DNA from: Polyangiales bacterium
Lineage (GTDB): Bacteria > Myxococcota_A > Polyangia > Polyangiales > Ga0077539
Reading direction: 5' to 3'
Assembly (NCBI GenBank): GCA_046351535.1
Contig: JAXLYG010000005.1
Span: 293,334 to 357,333 of the forward strand
Length of the DNA stretch: 64,000 bases
How positions within the stretch are numbered: the stretch's first letter is position 1; every line of letters starts with the position of its first letter. The notes under the pieces are model-generated. The model was not told the origin of the DNA and searched no databases. It saw only the letters and a program-made list of their open reading frames with translations. Below, piece by piece: positions 1 to 8,568 of the stretch. The translations under genes and the position numbers were made by a program.

Positions 1-2
1 AG

Positions 3-1937
3 AAGCAGAAGGGCATCACGATCACCTCGGCGGCCACCACCGCGCCGTGGACCGTGCGCGACGGCCTCTTCGCGGGGGTCGAGCATCAGCTCACGCTCAT
101 CGACACGCCCGGCCACGTCGACTTCACCATCGAGGTCGAGCGGTCGCTGCGCGTGCTCGACGGCGCCGTGGCCGTGTTCGACGCCTCGCAGGGCGTCGAG
201 CCGCAGAGCGAGACCGTGTGGCGACAGGCCGATCGGTACGGCGTCCCTCGCGTGGCGTTCATCAACAAGATGGACAAGCTGGGCGCGGACTTCGCCATGT
301 CGGTGCGCTCCATCGTGGAGCGCCTCGGCGCCGACGCGCTGCCCGTTCAGCTCCCGCTCGGCGAAGGCAACGAGCACCGCGGCGTCGTGGATCTCATCCG
401 TCGCGTGGCCTACGTGTTCGAAGGCGACCCCACGGGCAGGACCTTCGAAACCGTGGCCGTGCCCGAGGCGATGATCCCCGAGGTCGAGGCCGCGCGCGCG
501 AGGCTCGTCGAGCGCTGCGCCGAGCTCGACGCGACGCTCACTGACAAGTACCTGTCAGAGGGCGCCGCGGCGATCACGGAGCCCGAGCTCGAACGCGCCC
601 TCCGCGTCGGAACGCTCCGCCGCGAGGTGGTGCCCGTGCTCTGCGGCTCTGCGTACAAGAAGCGCGGGGTGCAGATGCTCCTCGACGCGGTGGTGAAGTA
701 CCTCCCGTCGCCCGCCGACGTGCGGCCGGTGGAAGGGCTCACCCCCGCGGGCGAGACCGTCACGCGCGCGCCCGACGATGATGAATCGCTGTGCGCGCTG
801 GCCTTCAAGCTCGTGACGGGACAGAGCGCCGGCGCGCTCACCTTCGTGCGCGTGTACGCCGGTCGCCTCGCGCCGGGCATGCAGGTCTGGAACGCCTCCC
901 GCGGTCGCAGAGAGCGCGTGGGGCGTCTGGTTCGCATGCACGCCGCGGCGATGACCGAGGTGCCGTGCGCGTACGCGGGCGACATCGTGGCGGCCGTGGG
1001 TCTGAGGGACGTTCGCACCGGCGACACGCTCTCGGACCCCGACCGCCCCGTGAGCCTCGGATCGATCACGGTGCCCGAGGCCGTGGTGACGCTGGCCATC
1101 GAGGCGAAGGCCGCGGGCGAGACCGACCGTCTCTCTGCGGCGCTCGCGAAGATGTCCGTCGAAGACCCGTCGTTGCGCGTCGGCGTCGACGACGAGACCG
1201 GGCAGACCCTGCTCCGCGGCGTGGGTGAGCTGCACCTCGAGATCGTGGTCGAGCGGCTTCGAAGCGAGCACCGCGTCGAGGCCCGCACGGGTCGTCCTCG
1301 CGTGGCCTTTCGCGAGGCCCTCGTGGGAACGGCGCGCGTCGAGCACACGCTGTCGCGTCAGAACGGCGGCGTCGGGCTCTATGCGCGCGTGGTGATCGAG
1401 GTCTCGCCCGCGCCGCGCGACGCGGGGCTGGTGTTCGAAGACCTGACCCGCGGCGGCGTCGTCACCGCGGAGTACGCGCAGGCCGTCCGTCGCGGCGTCG
1501 CGGGCGCCATGTCGAAGGGCCTCCGCGGCGGTCGCCCCGTGGTCGACGCGCAGGTGAAGCTCGTCGACGGCGCGATGCACGCCGTGGATTCGAGCGCGAT
1601 GGCCTTCGAGCTCGCGGGCTCGATGGCGTTTCAGGAGGCCGCGCTCGAAGCGGGCCTCGCGGTGCTCGAGCCCGTGATGTCCGTCGAGGTCGTCACGCCC
1701 GAGGTCCATCTCGGTGAGGCGCTCGGGTCCATTCAGTCACGTCGCGGCACGGTGCGCGACGTGAGCGCGCGCGGCAACGCGTCGGTGGTCGACGCCGACG
1801 TCCCGCTGGCGGCGCTGTTCGGTTACGTGGGCGACCTGCGCGGTCGCACCCACGGCCGCGCGTCTGCGTCGATGCGCTTCTCGCGCTACGAGCTCGTCCC
1901 CGCGGCGATCGAGCGCGAGGTGCTCGCGTCGGCGTAG
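3..1937 (+). CDS. fusA: Elongation factor G paralog (translational GTPase), 5' end outside window
   Basis: Frame 3 reads KQKGITITSAATT...LIDTPGHVDFTIEVERSLRVLDGAV from the first base, giving the G1-G3 GTPase motifs and EF-G domains II-V. The ORF track shows only the part after an internal Met at 54. Stop TAG at 1935-1937. Divergent from canonical EF-G, so probably an EF-G2 paralog. Confidence 0.85.
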   Translation, partial: KQKGITITSAATTAPWTVRDGLFAGVEHQLTLIDTPGHVDFTIEVERSLRVLDGAVAVFDASQGVEPQSETVWRQADRYGVPRVAFINKMDKLGADFAMSVRSIVERLGADALPVQLPLGEGNEHRGVVDLIRRVAYVFEGDPTGRTFETVAVPEAMIPEVEAARARLVERCAELDATLTDKYLSEGAAAITEPELERALRVGTLRREVVPVLCGSAYKKRGVQMLLDAVVKYLPSPADVRPVEGLTPAGETVTRAPDDDESLCALAFKLVTGQSAGALTFVRVYAGRLAPGMQVWNASRGRRERVGRLVRMHAAAMTEVPCAYAGDIVAAVGLRDVRTGDTLSDPDRPVSLGSITVPEAVVTLAIEAKAAGETDRLSAALAKMSVEDPSLRVGVDDETGQTLLRGVGELHLEIVVERLRSEHRVEARTGRPRVAFREALVGTARVEHTLSRQNGGVGLYARVVIEVSPAPRDAGLVFEDLTRGGVVTAEYAQAVRRGVAGAMSKGLRGGRPVVDAQVKLVDGAMHAVDSSAMAFELAGSMAFQEAALEAGLAVLEPVMSVEVVTPEVHLGEALGSIQSRRGTVRDVSARGNASVVDADVPLAALFGYVGDLRGRTHGRASASMRFSRYELVPAAIEREVLASA

Positions 1938-1980
1938 CGCCTCCCCTTCCCCATCCTGCCCACAAGCAGTCCCCCAGCGC

Positions 1981-2848
1981 CTCCGCTCACGCGTCGCCCG
2001 CGTGGGCCTTGTAGCGCTGCGCGATCTCCGCGGCCGTGCGCAGGGTGGTACCCCTCACCGCCCGCTTCCGCGCGCCCTTTCCCCGCCAGCGCCCGCAAGG
2101 GCTGCGTCGCGGTGATCGTCGGCCGACCGCGTGGCGGACGCGCGGCGCCACCGCTTCCGTCGCGCGCGCCCTTGCCCCGCGTGAGTCTGACCGCCATTGG
2201 GGAGTTGACAGCGCCAGACGCTTCCCGTCGCGCCTGGGGTTCGGCCCGCGTGAGAGGGACGCGCGTGACGCGCCCAGGGCGATACGCGCGTGACGCGCCC
2301 GGGCGATACGCGCGTGACGCGCCCAGGGCGATACGCGCGTGAGGCGCCCAGGGCGATACGCGCGTGACGCGCCCAGGGTTCGCCCCCAAGGGATGTACAC
2401 GATCGGGGGCTCAGCCTGGGCTATGACGAGGCACGGATCACCCTCTTCGAGGGTTCAGCAGAGAGAGCCTCGCCATGCCTTCTGAACCGGTCGAAGACCG
2501 GTGATCCGTGCCTTGATGAAGCCCAGGCCGAGCCCCCGATCGCGTACATCCCTTGGGGGGCGAGCCCTGGGCGCGTCACGCGCGTATCGCCCTGGGCGCG
2601 TCACGCGCGTCCCTCTCACGCGGGCCGAACCCCAGGCGCGACGGGAAGCGTCTGGCGCTGTCAACTCCCCAATGGCGGTCAGACTCGACTGGCGGGGAAA
2701 GGGCGCGCGGAAGCGGGGTGAGGGGTACCACCCTGCGCGCCGCCGCAACCTCGCGCGCCGAACCCCAGGCGATCCCCGTCGAGCACCACCGCCTCCGCTC
2801 ACGCGTCGCCCGCGTGGGCCTTGTAGCGCTGCGCGATCTCCGCGGCCG
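1981..2848. repeat. Complex palindromic repeat region made of segments A, B, C, D, a centre, D', B', E and A
   Basis: A direct repeat of a 63-bp gene 3' end lies at 1981-2043 and 2783-2848. Inverted arms at 2044-2090 vs 2690-2735 and at 2184-2395 vs 2560-2690 are near-exact reverse complements. The centre (2396-2560) is itself an extended palindrome. Arm copy number of an internal 25-bp repeat differs (about 4.5 vs 2). Confidence 0.8.
2266..2395. repeat. Tandem 25-bp repeat (gcgcgtgacgcgcccagggcgatac), about 4.5 copies; two inverted copies at 2566-2615
   Basis: Read directly from the sequence. Each unit contains the near-palindrome gcgcgtgacgcgc. Confidence 0.85.
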
Positions 2849-3275
2849 TGCGCAGCACGAACTCCGACGCGTCGGCGTGCACCATGAGCTGCAACCCCGG
2901 CATCAGCGTCACGTGCACCCAGCGCTCGCCTGTCACGCCCTCGGCGCGCGCCACCGCCGCCACGGGAGCCTCCGCGGGCTTCGTCGTCGGCGGGAGCAGC
3001 GCCTTCAGCGCGGCGTCGCTCGCGCCTCGCACCTTCGGAACGATCACGTCGAAGCGCATCCCGGCGGCGCGCATCTGCGCGATCGCACGCACCTGAAGCA
3101 CCGCGCGCGGGGAGTAGAAGGTGTTCACCCCGTGGTCCTCGGCGCGCTCGACGAGGCCCGCCTCGATCCACTTGCGCAGCGTGCGGTCCTTGATGTTGCC
3201 CAGGCGGCAGAGCGGACGCGTGCGCATCCATCCTTCGGGCGGCGCGGGGAGCTTCGGAGGCGGTCGTCTCGTCAT
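2799..3275 (-). CDS. MerR-family HTH transcriptional regulator (small, about 158 aa)
   Basis: The N-terminal segment LCRLGNIKDRTLRKWIEAGLV followed by YSPRAVLQVRAIAQMRAAGMRFDVI fits the MerR HTH plus wing pattern. The last 19 codons are duplicated as a fragment at 1981-2043. Confidence 0.6.
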   Translation of the reverse strand: MTRRPPPKLPAPPEGWMRTRPLCRLGNIKDRTLRKWIEAGLVERAEDHGVNTFYSPRAVLQVRAIAQMRAAGMRFDVIVPKVRGASDAALKALLPPTTKPAEAPVAAVARAEGVTGERWVHVTLMPGLQLMVHADASEFVLRTAAEIAQRYKAHAGDA

Positions 3276-3330
3276 CGGGTGCGCCGAAGCGTCTCAAGAC
3301 CCCGGCACCGAATCAACAAGACCACGGTAA

Positions 3331-3520
3331 TGATCGCCCTCCGTACGGCCCCGAATGACACACATTGCGGCATCGGAGGCCCTCCATACGGCCCCGAGTC
3401 ACGTACCAGGGCCGGATGGAGGGCTTCGGTCCGGCCCCGTTGGCTGCGCGTACGGCAATGGAGACCCTCCGTACGGCCCCGAAACCGTTTCGGTGCTGGA
3501 CCGAAAGGCTCCCCACGGCC
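3331..3520. repeat. Degenerate tandem repeat array, about 5 copies of a roughly 44-bp unit with conserved core ccctccgtacggccccga
   Basis: Core copies at about 3335, 3378 and 3467, with diverged copies between. The array is intergenic, between the asparaginase stop and the MerR-like gene start. Confidence 0.6.
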
Positions 3521-3536
3521 CCGCTTCGCGTTGCGG

Positions 3537-4526
3537 TCAGGCTTCTCCGGCCCACGGGGCCGTGAAGGCGTCTCTCGCGGCGTCGACGCGGGCTCCCGTG
3601 GCGCGTCCGAGGGCCACCATGAGCTTCGCGAGGGCCGCTTCGGAGGTCATCGTGCCCGCGCCGATCGCGCCCGCGTGGGCCGCAGCGGAGCCTCCCTGAT
3701 AGCGCGAGAGGTCGACGGCGCCGCGCGCGCACTGGCTCGCGATCACCACGGGGATGTCTCGCTCCGTGGCCTCTTCGATCACGGGGACCAGCGAGTTCTC
3801 GAGGTGCGGGACGTTGCCTGCGCCGAAGGCTTCGAGCACCACACCACGGACGCCCGTTCGAAGCGCGCCCGCGAGGAGCCTCGGGTCGAGGCCGGGGAAG
3901 ACGCGCGCCGCCAGCACGCGCGGCTCGATGCGTCGGTCGAAGGGAACGCGCGTGCGCGGAGGGAGCACGTGGGCGGCGATCTCGACGGTGACCCCGAGCT
4001 CGACGAGGGGCGCGCACGAGGGCGTGCCGAAGGCGTTCATGCCCCACGCGTCGAGCTTGGTCGCGCGGCAGCCGCGGAGGAGCTTCGAACCGAAGGCGAT
4101 CCCCACTTCGGGGACGGGCATCGTCGCGAGCATGCACGCGTCGACGAGGTTGGCGCGCGCGTCGGTGCGCACCTCGACGAGCGGACGCTGCGCGCCCGTG
4201 AGCACCACCGGGCGGTCGAGGCCCGGGAGCAGGAACGCCAGGGCGCTCGCGGTGTAGGCCATCGTGTCGGTGCCGTGCACCACCACCACGCCGTCGTAGC
4301 TCGGGAGCGCGTCGTGGACGACGGCCGCGAGCTCGACCCAGTGGTGCGGCTGCATGTCCGACGAGTCGAGGTTGAAGAGGATCCGACTCTCGATCTCGGC
4401 GACCTTGCGGAGCACGGGGAGCTCGGCGAGGAGGTCCGAGGTGTACACGTCGGGGGCGAGGGGAGACGGGTCTCCGCCTCGCATCATGAGCGTCCCTCCG
4501 GTGTGGAGGATGAGCACGTTCTTCAC
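3537..4526 (-). CDS. ansA: L-asparaginase, type I family
   Basis: N-terminal ILHTGGTLMM (the TGGT active-site motif), DGVVVVHGTDTMAYTASAL and 329 aa length are typical of cytoplasmic asparaginase. Confidence 0.85.
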   Translation of the reverse strand: MKNVLILHTGGTLMMRGGDPSPLAPDVYTSDLLAELPVLRKVAEIESRILFNLDSSDMQPHHWVELAAVVHDALPSYDGVVVVHGTDTMAYTASALAFLLPGLDRPVVLTGAQRPLVEVRTDARANLVDACMLATMPVPEVGIAFGSKLLRGCRATKLDAWGMNAFGTPSCAPLVELGVTVEIAAHVLPPRTRVPFDRRIEPRVLAARVFPGLDPRLLAGALRTGVRGVVLEAFGAGNVPHLENSLVPVIEEATERDIPVVIASQCARGAVDLSRYQGGSAAAHAGAIGAGTMTSEAALAKLMVALGRATGARVDAARDAFTAPWAGEA

Positions 4527-4542
4527 GGCGCGTTCTGTGGGG

Positions 4543-5520
4543 CTATGCCGGGTCTTCGACGGCGCGCACGGTCTCTCGCAGCGAGCGCAGCGGGCGGTAG
4601 CCCATGAGCGTGCGCGCGCGCTTGTCGTCGACCATGCACACGTACCGGATGTGATCGAGCTCCGGCGCGGGGAAGCTCGAGGGGCGGTACCTGAAGAGGT
4701 CCGTGAGGAGCTTGCGGCCGAAGGTGTGCGGCACGGGGAGGATGGGCCGCCCGAGCATCTTGATGATGCGCGTGAGGGGCGCGGGCTCGGGGCCCGCGAT
4801 GTTGAAGATCCCTCGCACGCCGGGCTGGAGCGCGAGCTCGATGGCGCGCGTCACGTCGGACTGGTGCACCACCTGGATCATCGGGTCGAAGCCCATGAGC
4901 GTGGGCACCACCGGGAGGCGCAGGTAGTTGCTCGGCGCGTTGCGCACGCTCCCGAGGATGTGCGTCGGCCGGAGGATCACGGTCTCGGTCTTCGTCGCGC
5001 GCCAGAAGAAGCTCTGCGCGAGCATGTCGATCTCGATGAGGTCGCGGATCTCGCTGAACTCCTGGCTCCCGAGGAGCGGCGCCTCCTCCGTGATGAACTG
5101 CGGGTTGTCGGGGCGCGGGCCGTAGATGTTGGCGCTCGACAGCACGACGAGCTTCTCGACGCCGTACTGGGCCATGAACTCCAGCATCTTGCCGAAGCCG
5201 ACGACGTTCCACGTGTGGTGGTCGTGGGCGCTGGCGCGGGGGTCGTGCATGACGCCGAGGTGCACGACGGCGCGCACGTTGCCGTGGCGAAACACGTCGC
5301 GGAGCTTCTTTCGCCGCACGTCGAACTGGTGGTGCACCACGTCGCGGGGCTTGTCCGCGAAGTCTCGCCGGTCGACGCCGATCACCGTCGCGCGGCGGTG
5401 GAGCACGCGACACACCTGCTTGCCCAGGCGCCCGACGATGCCCGTGATGACGATGGAGCCCTCATCGCTCGCGGGTCGCGCGCTGCGCGGTGCGGTCTCG
5501 TCGTGGACGCTCTCGCTCAT
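4543..5520 (-). CDS. NAD-dependent epimerase/dehydratase (extended SDR family)
   Basis: Rossmann motif ITGIVGRLG near the N-terminus, with the length and architecture of an SDR epimerase. Confidence 0.7.
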   Translation of the reverse strand: MSESVHDETAPRSARPASDEGSIVITGIVGRLGKQVCRVLHRRATVIGVDRRDFADKPRDVVHHQFDVRRKKLRDVFRHGNVRAVVHLGVMHDPRASAHDHHTWNVVGFGKMLEFMAQYGVEKLVVLSSANIYGPRPDNPQFITEEAPLLGSQEFSEIRDLIEIDMLAQSFFWRATKTETVILRPTHILGSVRNAPSNYLRLPVVPTLMGFDPMIQVVHQSDVTRAIELALQPGVRGIFNIAGPEPAPLTRIIKMLGRPILPVPHTFGRKLLTDLFRYRPSSFPAPELDHIRYVCMVDDKRARTLMGYRPLRSLRETVRAVEDPA

Positions 5521-5560
5521 CGCGGCGGATCGTCGTCGCCGTGGGGTGTCGGTGTCAATC

Positions 5561-6982
5561 TCAGCGCGGCGCGAACGCGACGCTGCGGTACGTGGTGTTG
5601 AGCGGCGCCGTGGCGACGGCCGTGAGCGACGCGGTGGCCGACGTGACCGAGACGTCGAGGCGGAGCAGCCGCGCGCGCGACTCCGTGGTGGTGGCGTAGA
5701 GCACGTAGTCCGAGCCGTTGGTGCGCCCCGTGAGGCCGCGGAGGCCGTTCGTGAGGCCCGTCACGGTGAGGGGCTGCATGGTCCAGGTGCCGCCCACGAG
5801 GCGCCAGTAGAGCAGTCCGCCGCCCGAGGCGGGGGTGCGGTCGTCGGCGACGAAGAGCACGTCGGCGGCGCCGTTTCCGTCGCGGTCGAAGGCCGCCACG
5901 CCGTAGGGCGAGAGGGTCATCGTGGTGGGGAAGCCCGGCGCCACCGAGAGCGTCGCGCCCGCCGCGCGAGGCAGCGGCGAGGTGGTGAACACGCCCGAGC
6001 CCGCGGGCGTGGAGCCCGTGACGAAGAGCTGCGTGCCGAAGGCCGAGACCCAGCGGTACACGTTGGTCGTGAGCAGGGGGATGCCCGCCGTCGCGCCGCC
6101 GTAGGGCGTGTAGAAGAGGTTCCCGTCGCTCACGAGCGCGTGGATCGACCAGAACTCGCTGCCGTCGACGGTGGCGACGGAGCGCATCGCGAGGCGGTCG
6201 GCCATGGCGCCGACGGTGGTGCGCGTGTCGACCACGCCCGCGGCGTTGATGCGCGCGATCACGCGCGGTCCGCTCGTGGAGTTGGGCGTCGTCGTGCCGA
6301 CGGGGATGCCGTAGCCGCCGAGCACCACGTAGGCGCCGTTGACCGAGCGGAAGAGCGCCCCCTCGGCCGTCGCGTTGCCCGTGATCGTGAGGATGTTGTT
6401 GGCCCCCGAAGGCGCCGTGGGGAGCGCGATGGGCGTGCCCACGGGCGTCGCCGTCGCGCCGTTGTAGATCTCGATGTTCACGGGCGCCGCCGTGGCCGCG
6501 AGCGAGGCGACGCCGTCTCCGACGCGGAGCACCCAGATCGTGTCGTTCCCCGTGACGGGCACGTCGGGGGTGACGGGCACGTCGGGCGTGACGGGCACAT
6601 CGGGCGTGACCGGAACGTCGGGCCTCACGGGCACATCGGGCGCCACGGGGATGTCGGGCGTCACGGGGATGTCCATCGTGACGGGCACATCGGGCGTGAC
6701 CGGAACGTCGGGCACGACGGGCACATCCATCGTGACGGGAACGTCCATCGCGACGGGCGCATCGGGGGTGACGGGCGCGTCGGGGGTGACGGGCGCGTCG
6801 GGCGTGACGGGGGTGTCGGTGGCGACGGGGACGTCGTCGGTGACGGGCGTGTCGGGCGTCGAGGGCGTGTCGTTGACCGCGGCGTCGTCGGTGGGCGTCG
6901 AGCCTCCACCCGTGTTGCCGCGCGCGGAGCACGCCATCGAGAGAAGCATCGCGAGAAGGAGGGGCTGCGGTCGGAAGCTCAT
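5561..6982 (-). CDS. Secreted lipoprotein with a Pro/Thr/Asp-rich tandem linker (PVTPDV x about 20) and an unknown C-terminal domain
   Basis: Signal peptide and lipobox (LLSMACSARG). An 18-nt tandem coding repeat at about 6500-6850 encodes the repeated D(T/V/A)PVTPD units. Confidence 0.6.
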   Translation of the reverse strand: MSFRPQPLLLAMLLSMACSARGNTGGGSTPTDDAAVNDTPSTPDTPVTDDVPVATDTPVTPDAPVTPDAPVTPDAPVAMDVPVTMDVPVVPDVPVTPDVPVTMDIPVTPDIPVAPDVPVRPDVPVTPDVPVTPDVPVTPDVPVTGNDTIWVLRVGDGVASLAATAAPVNIEIYNGATATPVGTPIALPTAPSGANNILTITGNATAEGALFRSVNGAYVVLGGYGIPVGTTTPNSTSGPRVIARINAAGVVDTRTTVGAMADRLAMRSVATVDGSEFWSIHALVSDGNLFYTPYGGATAGIPLLTTNVYRWVSAFGTQLFVTGSTPAGSGVFTTSPLPRAAGATLSVAPGFPTTMTLSPYGVAAFDRDGNGAADVLFVADDRTPASGGGLLYWRLVGGTWTMQPLTVTGLTNGLRGLTGRTNGSDYVLYATTTESRARLLRLDVSVTSATASLTAVATAPLNTTYRSVAFAPR

Positions 6983-7090
6983 GGGGGTGGTTTCCTACAA
7001 CACCCCGGGCGAGGACGAAACTCCGCGACGGACCGCCTCGACGGCGCGGTGGACATTCTCTCGCCGGTAGCCGACAACCGCGGACCCCCG

Positions 7091-7639
7091 ATGGCACTCA
7101 CCGCGACCGTGTACCGCATTCTCATCGACCTCTCCGACGTCGACCGCGGCGTCTACGAGGCGCTCGATCTGCGCGTCGCGCGGCACCCCTCCGAGACGCT
7201 GCGGTACATGCTCCTCCGCACGCTCGCGTACTGCCTCTGCCACGCCGAGGGGATCGCGTTTTCGAAGGGCCTCTTCTCCACCGACGAGCCCGCGGTGTGG
7301 ATCCGTCAGCCCGACGGGCGCGTGGATCTCTGGGTCGACATCGGGCGCCCCGCCATCGAGCGGCTCCACAAAGCCAGCAAGCTCTCGGGGCGCGTCGAGG
7401 TCTTCACCCACGACGACCCCGAGCTCCTCCGCCGCGAGGCGCGCGGCGCGAAGCTCCATCGCGGGAGCGAGATCATGGTGAGCTCCGTCGACGCGGCCCT
7501 CCTCGACGCGCTCGAAGCGAAGATCGACCGCAACACCAGCCTCACGCTGGTGCGCAACGACGGGCACCTCTACGTCACGCTCGGCGCCGTGAGCCTCGAA
7601 GGCGCGATCACGCGGCGCCCCCTCGTCGACGCGGAGTGA
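7091..7639 (+). CDS. yaeQ: YaeQ family protein
   Basis: MALTATVYRILIDLSDVDRGVYEALDLRVARHPSETLRYMLLRTLAYCL is collinear with E. coli YaeQ. ATG at 7091 within the long antisense-artefact ORF 5126..7639. Confidence 0.8.
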   Translation: MALTATVYRILIDLSDVDRGVYEALDLRVARHPSETLRYMLLRTLAYCLCHAEGIAFSKGLFSTDEPAVWIRQPDGRVDLWVDIGRPAIERLHKASKLSGRVEVFTHDDPELLRREARGAKLHRGSEIMVSSVDAALLDALEAKIDRNTSLTLVRNDGHLYVTLGAVSLEGAITRRPLVDAE

Positions 7640-7640
7640 C

Positions 7641-8534
7641 TCACCGCGCGACGCGGTTTCGGCCCCCGTGCTTGGCGGCGTAGAGCGCGCGATCGGCCCT
7701 CGCAACGAGCGCCTCGGCGGAGACTCCCTCGTCACCTGGGACGAGCTCCGCCGCGGAGGCGATGCCGAGGCTGACGGTGACGCTCACGGGGCTGCCCTTG
7801 GGGCGCAACTCGATGGTCGAGATCGCGCGGCGGATGCGCTCCGCGACGATCTCGGCCTGATCGGCCGTGGTGTCTGGGAGCACGAGGGCGAGCTCCTCGC
7901 CGCCGTACCGGCACGCCGCGTCGGAGCCGCGCGAGTTCGCCGCGAGGGTCTCTCCGATGCGCTGGAGCACGAGGTCGCCGAAGGGGTGACCGTAGTCGTC
8001 GTTCACGCGCTTGAAGTGGTCGACGTCGATGAGCACGAGCGACAGGTCGCGGCCGTGCCGTCGGTACCCGCTGATCTCGTCGGCGAGGCGCTGGTTGAAG
8101 TACCCGCGGTTCCAGAGGCCCGTGAGCCCGTCGACGCGGGCGCAGGCCGAGAGCATGTCTTGAAAGCGCTTGGTGCGGAGCGCGGCGCGGACCCTGGCGC
8201 GCAGCTCCGCGGCGTCGAAGGGCTTGGTCACGTAGTCGACGGCGCCGAGGTCGAAGCCTCGCACCTTCACCTCGACGGACTCGGCGCCCGTGAGAAAGAT
8301 CACCGGCACCATCGTGGTGACGGGGTCGGCCTTGAGGTACGAGCACACCTCCATGCCGCTCATCCCCGGCATCTCGACGTCGAGCAGGATGAGGTCTGGC
8401 GGGTTCTCGGTGGCCTGCGAGATGCCCTCGACGGCGCCGAGCGCGTGCTTCACCGTGAGGTTCTCGGGGCGCAGCCGCACGTCGAGGAGCGCGTGGATCT
8501 CTGGCGAATCATCGATGGCGAGTACGGTCTGCAT
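7641..8534 (-). CDS. Response regulator with receiver and GGDEF (diguanylate cyclase) domains
   Basis: REC domain (LDVEMPGMSGMEV...KPF) followed by GGDEF with the RYGGEEL active-site motif and DVDHFKRVND. Confidence 0.85.
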   Translation of the reverse strand: MQTVLAIDDSPEIHALLDVRLRPENLTVKHALGAVEGISQATENPPDLILLDVEMPGMSGMEVCSYLKADPVTTMVPVIFLTGAESVEVKVRGFDLGAVDYVTKPFDAAELRARVRAALRTKRFQDMLSACARVDGLTGLWNRGYFNQRLADEISGYRRHGRDLSLVLIDVDHFKRVNDDYGHPFGDLVLQRIGETLAANSRGSDAACRYGGEELALVLPDTTADQAEIVAERIRRAISTIELRPKGSPVSVTVSLGIASAAELVPGDEGVSAEALVARADRALYAAKHGGRNRVAR

Positions 8535-8568
8535 GGCGGGTGACTCCTCGGGTCTCTGCTTCGCGGGT

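Noticed and set aside
2036-2700. Small ORFs inside the palindromic region (2036..2293, 2112..2342, 2501..2887, 1987..2400, 1886..2389)
   Set aside because: They are translations of inverted or tandem repeats. 1987..2400 carries only a duplicated 19-codon tail of the MerR-like gene.
3331-3520. Possible CRISPR array (repeated 18-nt core with intervening sequence)
   Set aside because: The repeats are too short and degenerate, the would-be spacers are partly homologous to one another, and no cas genes are nearby.
5126-7639. 837-aa plus-strand ORF and similar giant ORFs (8290..10959 plus, 8450..10756 minus, 14168..16465 minus, 16428..17792 minus, 30726..33848 minus, 34637..36937 minus, 47076..49277 minus, 49679..52594 plus, 54526..58083 plus, 60773..63862 minus)
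   Set aside because: They are Arg/Gly/Ala/His-rich and featureless, and they lie antisense or out of frame to clearly recognisable genes. They are a typical stop-codon-poor artefact of DNA above 70% GC.
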